Origin: an uncultured Candidatus Woesearchaeota archaeon
GTDB lineage: Archaea; Nanobdellota; Nanobdellia; Woesearchaeales; UBA525
Assembly (NCBI GenBank): GCA_963724455.1
Contig: CAVRUV010000006.1
Span: forward strand, 63,158 to 127,157
Reading direction: 5' to 3'
Length of the DNA stretch: 64,000 nt
Part shown: in pieces, positions 58,213-64,000 of the stretch
Position numbering within the stretch: the stretch's first letter is position 1
Layout: every line of letters starts with the position of its first letter
Program-made: the position numbers and the translations under genes
The notes under the pieces: generated by a model
Told to the model about the DNA's origin: nothing
Seen by the model: only the letters and a program-made list of their open reading frames with translations
The model's database searches: none

Positions 58213-59082
58213 ATGAAACTCTCAAAAAACAAAAAAGGCATGGAATTGCAATCAGCACTTGTTGTCCTGATAATCTTTGGTGTCGTATTATTGATGCTGA
58301 TATTCTTTTACAAGAATTTCTTGCAAGGATCCAGCAAGGAGATGGATGTTGCAAAATGCCAGAGTTCATTGCTGCTCACAAAAGCAGTATCAGATAAAGC
58401 AAAAGGCATAGCTTGTTCGGTCGGCTCTCTTACTCCCTTTACAATAGATTGTCCAAGACAATTTGTTAGTGTTAATAATGGAGAAGTAAATAAAAATGGC
58501 AAGAGTGCAACGTCAAAATATGATGCTAAATGCCCAACTGGAGAAAGCACCTGTTTGCAACAGAATGTTGTTGCATCAGAAATGGCTTTTTGTTCAAATC
58601 TATTCTTTAATGGCGAGCAAGTAGTCCTACAACAGATGGAGATGAGTGAATGGAGTTTGTTAACCCCAAAAGACCACATGACTACTTGTTTTATCTGTTC
58701 AGAAATTACTGTGGATAAGGATACTGGAGATCTTCTGTCATTTCTGAAGGCCAAAACTCAAAAAAGTGGTAAAACCTATTACGATTCTTTAGCAAATAAC
58801 AAAAAAGCTTGGTGCAACAATTATTATGAAAAGCAAAGCACGACTTGCTGGGACGGTATGCGTACGGCAGTTGATACTTCTACATTAGGTTGGGCAAAAA
58901 ATAAGCCAGCTTTAGATTATACATTAAAACCAGGAAAATACGCAGTAGTTTTTGTTCGCGAAGGATTGAGCAGTTGTGATGGAGAGACTAATGATAAAAA
59001 GGGCGATGAATATTTAACAAATACCGTCCAGCTCATTCCTGCTGATAAAATATCTTCATATTGTAATACGGTGATGTCATGA
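58213..59082 (+). CDS. Pilin-like secreted protein (289 aa), Cys-containing.
   Basis: MKLSKNKKG|MELQSALVVLIIFGVVLLMLIFFY. Confidence 0.6.
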   Translation: MKLSKNKKGMELQSALVVLIIFGVVLLMLIFFYKNFLQGSSKEMDVAKCQSSLLLTKAVSDKAKGIACSVGSLTPFTIDCPRQFVSVNNGEVNKNGKSATSKYDAKCPTGESTCLQQNVVASEMAFCSNLFFNGEQVVLQQMEMSEWSLLTPKDHMTTCFICSEITVDKDTGDLLSFLKAKTQKSGKTYYDSLANNKKAWCNNYYEKQSTTCWDGMRTAVDTSTLGWAKNKPALDYTLKPGKYAVVFVREGLSSCDGETNDKKGDEYLTNTVQLIPADKISSYCNTVMS

Positions 59083-59110
59083 AGGTGATGTTCTGATGGT
59101 GATGTCATAA
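59070..59110 (+). repeat. Three tandem 14-nt units cGGTGATGTCATGA / aGGTGATGTTCTGA / tGGTGATGTCATAA, each an SD-like GGTG, an ATG, one codon and a stop.
   Basis: Direct repeat overlapping the stop of the 58213 gene and preceding the GAGGT-ATG of the 59124 gene. Confidence 0.5.
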
Positions 59111-59123
59111 TGAGGTTTGCATA

Positions 59124-60044
59124 ATGAGCCGTATGATGGGTCGCACAATTGGTCGTATTACGAATCGCCGAGCAGAAGCGCTCACGATGGTAGTTGGTTT
59201 TGTTCTGCTTACAGTTTGCATATTAGTTGCAGTTATGTTTTTTCTTAAATGGAAATCTGCTGTAGCAGATACTGAAGATACTGCTCCATGTGCAACAGCC
59301 ATCAAAGCACATAGCGTTGCAATTAGTTTATCTAAACAAGCAAGCGATGCAGCCAATCTTCCAATAGTTTGTCCAACAAAAATAGTTTCATTAAGCACTA
59401 AAGACGAAGATAAGGTAAAAGAAACGCTCGCCAAAGAGATGAAAAATTGCTGGTCGATGTGGGGTCAAGGCAAGAACAAATTATTCACACAAGATGGAGT
59501 TTATTGTCATGTTTGCAGCATTGTTCGCGTTAATGGCGTAGATAATGTTACTGGATTCACAACATATCTTGATACACACACCGTAGCAAAAGGACAGTCT
59601 TATACAGATTATTTATCCGGCGCAAAGACAGGATCATACTTCAATAAAACTGATTTTCCAGGAATTGATTCAAGCACCATGCCGGTCAATCAAACCGCCA
59701 TAATATTTTATCATGCCAATGGCAAAAAAGCAATCGATAAAGTGTGGAATAGTGTTTTTGGCAATGTTCCTGCTGTTGCAACAACCGGTGCTGTGATTGG
59801 AGCGGTGGCCGGTATTGCTATAGGTATTGCTCTTGCACCTGCAACTGGCGGCACAGTAACTGTTATTCTTATTGCAACTGCTGCAGGAACGTTGGGTGCA
59901 GGTATTGGCGGTGTAACTGCGGCGGCTGCCGCATATAAGGCTCGCATAGAATCTGATTATATGAGTATTGTCGTGATAAAACCACTACGCGAAGAAGAAC
60001 TTACAAGCATGGAATGCAAGTATGCTCCTGTACGCAATACTTGA
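59124..60044 (+). CDS. Pilin-like protein (306 aa) with a second Gly/Ala-rich hydrophobic segment near the C-terminus.
   Basis: MSRMMGRTIGRITNRRA|EALTMVVGFVLLTVCILVAVMFFL. GAGGT lies 8 nt upstream. C-terminal AVATTGAVIGAVAGIAIGIALAPATGGTVTVILIATAAGTLGAGIGG. Confidence 0.6.
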   Translation: MSRMMGRTIGRITNRRAEALTMVVGFVLLTVCILVAVMFFLKWKSAVADTEDTAPCATAIKAHSVAISLSKQASDAANLPIVCPTKIVSLSTKDEDKVKETLAKEMKNCWSMWGQGKNKLFTQDGVYCHVCSIVRVNGVDNVTGFTTYLDTHTVAKGQSYTDYLSGAKTGSYFNKTDFPGIDSSTMPVNQTAIIFYHANGKKAIDKVWNSVFGNVPAVATTGAVIGAVAGIAIGIALAPATGGTVTVILIATAAGTLGAGIGGVTAAAAAYKARIESDYMSIVVIKPLREEELTSMECKYAPVRNT

Positions 60045-60205
60045 ATTTTGTAATAGATGATTTAGCAGGAGGATAATCTAATTAGAATTAAAGAATTAAA
60101 CAAAAATAACTAAGGAAATGATTAATGAAATAATAAGGTCTTACGAAAATTTTTAGTTAAGTACATTCAGCTAAGCATAAATACTAGTTATGAGTGGAGA
60201 AGGAT

Positions 60206-60403
60206 ATGATACTTAATATGATATTTAATATGAAATTTGCAAAGATGAGACTTGCAAAGAAGGGAGATGTTAATTGGACAGTAATTTCTATCATATTAGC
60301 AGTATTTTTGCTTCTTGCAATAATTGGATTGGTGTTGAAAGGACGCAGTTCAGAATCATCATCGCTAAGTCTCCTTTGCCCATTCTTACCATCGTTCTGT
60401 TAG
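60206..60403 (+). CDS. Mini pilin-like protein (65 aa).
   Basis: The track start at 60194 is GTG; the ATG is at 60206. ...RLAKKG|DVNWTVISIILAVFLLLAIIGLVL. GGAGAAGG upstream. Confidence 0.45.
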   Translation: MILNMIFNMKFAKMRLAKKGDVNWTVISIILAVFLLLAIIGLVLKGRSSESSSLSLLCPFLPSFC

Positions 60404-60416
60404 ATTTGAGGATATT

Positions 60417-60590
60417 ATGAAAAAACTACGCGGAAAAAAAGGAGCATTGTGGGATACAATCGCTATCATTATAGCACTTTTTGCACTCGGTGTTTTGTTA
60501 TATCTTACTATCAAGTGGATAGTTGTAGGCGGTAGTAATGTAGTACCTACCAACGCGTCTGAAGTTGCTAAGACGATACTTTCTAAATAG
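60417..60590 (+). CDS. Mini pilin-like protein (57 aa, MKKLRGKKG|ALWDTIAIIIALFALGVLLYLTIKWIVVGGSNVVPTNASEVAKTILSK), not in the track.
   Basis: ATG to TAG ORF, 14 nt after the previous stop. Class III-like N-terminus. Confidence 0.45.
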   Translation: MKKLRGKKGALWDTIAIIIALFALGVLLYLTIKWIVVGGSNVVPTNASEVAKTILSK

Positions 60591-60671
60591 TTCCTAAGTA
60601 GTTTCCGTCAATAACCACCATAACCTTTAAATAGTCTTAGAGGAGAAAAATATCATGCCCAGAGGTGGTTT

Positions 60672-60920
60672 ATGAAACGACATGGCGAACTCTCAATGGA
60701 AGTAATTATCATAGCAGCAATAGCATTACTTATTCTCGTAATATTAAGTGTGCTCATCATTAGAAGTGGCGGTAAGCTTTCTACTGATTGTACTAATTCC
60801 GGTGGAACTTGTGGTACAAAAGGAGGTTGTGAAGCTGGAGCACTCGAAACGCCAAACAGCGGCGGATGTCCTGGTGGTTCAGAAGCAGTCTGTTGCACAT
60901 CGCTTGCTAAGAAAGAGTAA
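60672..60920 (+). CDS. Mini pilin-like protein (82 aa) with a Gly/Cys-rich C-terminal module.
   Basis: MKRHG|ELSMEVIIIAAIALLILVILSVLII then DCTNSGGTCGTKGGCEAGALETPNSGGCPGGSEAVCC. GAGGTGG lies 4 nt upstream of the ATG. Confidence 0.55.
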   Translation: MKRHGELSMEVIIIAAIALLILVILSVLIIRSGGKLSTDCTNSGGTCGTKGGCEAGALETPNSGGCPGGSEAVCCTSLAKKE

Positions 60921-60928
60921 CTCTTAGC

Positions 60929-62881
60929 ATGAAACGTCGAGCACAATCGGCAGATATCATGATGAAAATAGCATTTGCTATTTTCGTTTTTGCCGTGCTC
61001 ATTTTTGTTTTCAAAAAATATGCAGACAAAGCTGATACTTTCAACACTTGCGAATCAGGTACTGGGCAGTGCAAGGCTTCTTGTATTCCTGGTGTTGAAC
61101 GACAAACAGGAGCATTTTGTAAAACCACAGCACAAGTTTGTTGTGTTACAGGATTATCCGGCGCAGGAGGTGGAGGTACAACTCCTGGCGGTGGCGGTGG
61201 CGGATCTGGTACAGAATCTACTCTGCAAGCATTATCGATACCAACTATAAAGTTCTGGTATAATACTGAAAAAAGCCCTTCAAGAGTACCAGTAATTGGC
61301 GGTATGGAAAAAGATATTGTGCTTGTAGCAGATATTACAGTTCCATACTACGATCCTGCTTTAGTGCAGAGTTCTAAAACATTATCTGTTGAAGATAAGA
61401 AAATCTGTACTCAAACTGATGCTCAAACAGCAGGCAAGCAAATATATGATCAAAAAGGCGTTTGCGATAAATCAAAATGGGTAATCAATATTACTTTAGA
61501 GACTATATCAACAAAACGCGTAATTGAATATAAGTACGATTTGGTTGGTCCAACGACTGAAATAATAAATTCTTATAGAATTGGACCGGATGGAAAAACA
61601 CCCATTTCTGGCCCTAAATATTTGATTGGCGAAGCTCAACCTCAAGATGATTCTGCAATAAAAGGCGTTGCTTATATGAAAAATGCACGAGAAATTATTA
61701 CCTTGCACGTAGATCCTTCTTTAGCAAAAGACTTCTCCGGGCAATCAGTAAATCTTGTAATTACTGTGCATCCGGCAGGCAATCCTACAAGTCCAATAAC
61801 TGCACAATACCGCGTTGCATTAGCTTCAACATTGCTTGCGCGTTATGAAGGACTCAGTCAAGTATGGAGTCAAGAAAAATCCATCAATACTTATTGTGAT
61901 AAGGATAATGTGCGTTGCGACATGATGGCATTCTCTACACAAGCAAACGTTGAATGCCCCGACACTCCGGGAACGAACGTAAAACAATCACTAACCATTA
62001 TCAAAAAAGTCTATTATATAACAAAATCAGACGGCACTAAATATTCAACAGTTGCATATGATACTCAGACTTCTTGCGAAGGAGCTATTAATACACTAGG
62101 TGGATCAATCGAACAACAATTAATCTCTGCAGCTTCAGTAGTCAATAAAGTTTCAGGAACAGGTTCGGATATCTTCCAAAATAAAGATCTTGCAAACATA
62201 ATAAACCAACAGAATGGCAATCTGAAATGTACGGATGGCTCTTCTGTTAAGACAACATCTGAAGATGTAACTGGACCATACCTTACCGACACATTCAATT
62301 CAGATCCAGCAATTCAAAAAGGTACTATCCGTCTTGCACAAGCAGGAATGGCGGGGCGATATCTCTGCGTTTACGGTCACGACAATAGAACTGATAAATG
62401 GTTTAGTGCAGGAAAAGGACAGAAAATTATGGTAGATAGAACTGCACCGCAAGTCAATATGACTTATTATCCTTGGACAGGATATCGCATTGTTATTGAT
62501 TGCATGGATGGAAAATCTGGAGACACCACAGAATCCGGTTGTAAACCATCCTTTGAATATGCATACATTAGTGAGCCTATGAAGTTCCTTTCAGCTCTTG
62601 TTAGTGGACCACAAACCGCAGCACAATGGTGTCCTACATCTGGTTATGTTACAAGCTCTCAACAACTAATAAACTACAATTACGTTATGAACATAACAAC
62701 TGGCGCGAATATAACGGGTTCGCAGCAAACAATGAATTACAATTACGACGGCATACGCGTTATGTGTGCGCGATGGCAAGATAAGGCCGGCAATCAAGGA
62801 TTGTCTATGGTAACCGTATACAACAGTTATGAATTGCTAGCAAAAGCCATTATGATGCAGCAACAGCAAAAGGCAAAATAA
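60929..62881 (+). CDS. Large pilin-like secreted protein (650 aa) with a Cys module and a poly-Gly linker.
   Basis: MKRRAQ|SADIMMKIAFAIFVFAVLIFVF, then CESGTGQCKASCIPGVERQTGAFCKTTAQVCC, then GAGGGGTTPGGGGGGSG. Confidence 0.6.
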   Translation: MKRRAQSADIMMKIAFAIFVFAVLIFVFKKYADKADTFNTCESGTGQCKASCIPGVERQTGAFCKTTAQVCCVTGLSGAGGGGTTPGGGGGGSGTESTLQALSIPTIKFWYNTEKSPSRVPVIGGMEKDIVLVADITVPYYDPALVQSSKTLSVEDKKICTQTDAQTAGKQIYDQKGVCDKSKWVINITLETISTKRVIEYKYDLVGPTTEIINSYRIGPDGKTPISGPKYLIGEAQPQDDSAIKGVAYMKNAREIITLHVDPSLAKDFSGQSVNLVITVHPAGNPTSPITAQYRVALASTLLARYEGLSQVWSQEKSINTYCDKDNVRCDMMAFSTQANVECPDTPGTNVKQSLTIIKKVYYITKSDGTKYSTVAYDTQTSCEGAINTLGGSIEQQLISAASVVNKVSGTGSDIFQNKDLANIINQQNGNLKCTDGSSVKTTSEDVTGPYLTDTFNSDPAIQKGTIRLAQAGMAGRYLCVYGHDNRTDKWFSAGKGQKIMVDRTAPQVNMTYYPWTGYRIVIDCMDGKSGDTTESGCKPSFEYAYISEPMKFLSALVSGPQTAAQWCPTSGYVTSSQQLINYNYVMNITTGANITGSQQTMNYNYDGIRVMCARWQDKAGNQGLSMVTVYNSYELLAKAIMMQQQQKAK

Positions 62882-62896
62882 ACGAGATGAAAACGA

Positions 62897-63805
62897 ATGG
62901 GACAACCAGTAAGACGACCAATGAGACAACAAGTAAAAGGTCAGATGGCAATCATCGGTAAAATCGTCTTCATTCTTTTTGCTCTCGGAATAATGCTGTG
63001 GCTAATCTATAAATGGTCATCAAACGCAGATGTGGGTGTTGAAAATCTTCAAAAATGCGATGGAGGAACATATAGAGTGCTTTTAGGCGCAACACAAGGA
63101 GTATGTTCTGCTTCAAAGGATTGTGTTGGTAAAGAGCTTCCTACAATAAAAAATTCTTATTGGTTTAGTGTAGCTTCCGGTTGTCCTTCTGCACAATTCT
63201 GCTGTCTTGCAGTTCCAAGCAATGGAGATGGGTCTGATGTTCATAGCGGTTGTACTGCGAGAGATAATGCTGATGGAATCTGGAACGGATTATGTGCACA
63301 AACATCTTGTACAACAGACTTTGTATCAAAAGGTCAAGGAACTTGTTCAAGTGGAGAAGTATGTTGTACAACTAAAGATGCAAAAGTTACAAGAACTCTG
63401 CAAGCTTGCTATGCATATGTAAATTCTCAGTTGACACAACCAGGTGGAACGTTTAAAGATGGCACAAGTACGCTCAAAGTAGATGGTTATTGTTCTCAAA
63501 AGGGTTGTGCTGATGAGTCATTCCCTACAAATAAAATATATTTATTGTTTAGTGGCGGAGCAATAAGCAATGGAAAAAGCGCATGTACTGATGGTTGTTG
63601 TGCTGCATGGGCTTGCAATGCAAAACCCACCCAGCTTGATGCAAGCACAAATACATGGGTAGAAATTCCCAATGCACAATTAGCAAATGGTTTTTGTTCA
63701 AATAATAATTGTAAACATGCTGCACCAGTAGGACAAAAATGGGAGAAATATGGAACCGGTACTTGCGGTAGCGGATACAACTGTTGTGTATTGCAAGCCG
63801 AGTAA
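62897..63805 (+). CDS. Pilin-like secreted protein (302 aa) with at least three copies of the C...C...C...CC module.
   Basis: ...RQQVKGQ|MAIIGKIVFILFALGIMLWLIY. Cys modules ...GCPSAQFCC, ...CSSGEVCC and ...CGSGYNCC. Confidence 0.6.
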   Translation: MGQPVRRPMRQQVKGQMAIIGKIVFILFALGIMLWLIYKWSSNADVGVENLQKCDGGTYRVLLGATQGVCSASKDCVGKELPTIKNSYWFSVASGCPSAQFCCLAVPSNGDGSDVHSGCTARDNADGIWNGLCAQTSCTTDFVSKGQGTCSSGEVCCTTKDAKVTRTLQACYAYVNSQLTQPGGTFKDGTSTLKVDGYCSQKGCADESFPTNKIYLLFSGGAISNGKSACTDGCCAAWACNAKPTQLDASTNTWVEIPNAQLANGFCSNNNCKHAAPVGQKWEKYGTGTCGSGYNCCVLQAE

Positions 63806-63818
63806 TCTTTAGGTCTTT

Positions 63819-64000
63819 ATGGTAAATCGTCGCGGATCGCTCGAATGGAATCTTGAAACAATAGGAAAGCTCTTCATAGGAGCAGTAGTGCTTATTTTCA
63901 TATTTACCCTTACAATTGCAATTTTTAATATCTTCAATCAGCAAGAGGACATACAAGCAAGAAAGAACTTCGATATGCTAGTTAGCAGAATTGAGCAAGT
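63819..64000 (+). CDS. Pilin-like protein, 3'-truncated by the window edge.
   Basis: MVNRRG|SLEWNLETIGKLFIGAVVLIFIFTLTIAIF... running off the end of the window. Confidence 0.45.
   Translation, partial: MVNRRGSLEWNLETIGKLFIGAVVLIFIFTLTIAIFNIFNQQEDIQARKNFDMLVSRIEQ

Noticed and set aside
1-64000. Searched for CRISPR arrays, tRNA or rRNA genes, and IS/transposase or integrase genes.
   Set aside because: No regularly spaced direct repeats were found. No cloverleaf-compatible GC-rich segments with a T-loop GTTC motif were found. No transposase or integrase-like ORFs were found. The intergenic GC-rich islands noted above do not fit tRNA structure.

Overview
This is an AT-rich archaeal chromosome segment with high coding density, leaderless-style promoters and typical archaeal information-processing genes; a DPANN-like lineage is only a guess. 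The ORF track counts GTG starts as M, so several starts were adjusted. Three blocks are visible. (1) 1-18.9 kb holds three consecutive giant surface-protein genes: a 5'-truncated ORF of at least 1607 aa, a 3511-aa ORF and a 1130-aa ORF. They are made of tandem beta-sandwich-like modules, CARDB-like domains, a DUF2341/LamG-like unit, a beta-propeller-like repeat and FG-GAP repeats, and they are saturated with N-x-S/T glycosylation sequons. (2) 18.9-46.7 kb is a replication and information-processing island. It opens with a predicted oriC (T-rich to A-rich strand switch, TA-repeat unwinding element, inverted ORB-like dyads with a G-string) directly upstream of orc1/cdc6. It continues with the PolD small subunit, two unknown translationally coupled ORFs, the PolD large subunit, aIF2-beta, an RPA32-like OB-fold protein divergent from MCM, TBP, a ThiS/MoaD-like -GG protein (SAMP), a TtuA/NcsA-type tRNA thiolase, an RNase P p30-like subunit, a pseudouridine synthase and a MEMO1-family protein. 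(3) 46.8-64 kb is an uninterrupted plus-strand array of about 15 genes. Nearly all begin with a short basic stretch, then G/A, then a ~20-residue hydrophobic segment (class III / type IV prepilin-like). They are interleaved with two very large Cys-rich secreted proteins (763 and 1539 aa), and several share a short C-x4-5-C...C-x5-7-CC module. No assembly ATPase, platform protein or prepilin peptidase is present in the window. This array is the strongest candidate for an undescribed surface-filament or adhesion system. No rRNA, tRNA, CRISPR array or transposase was recognised.
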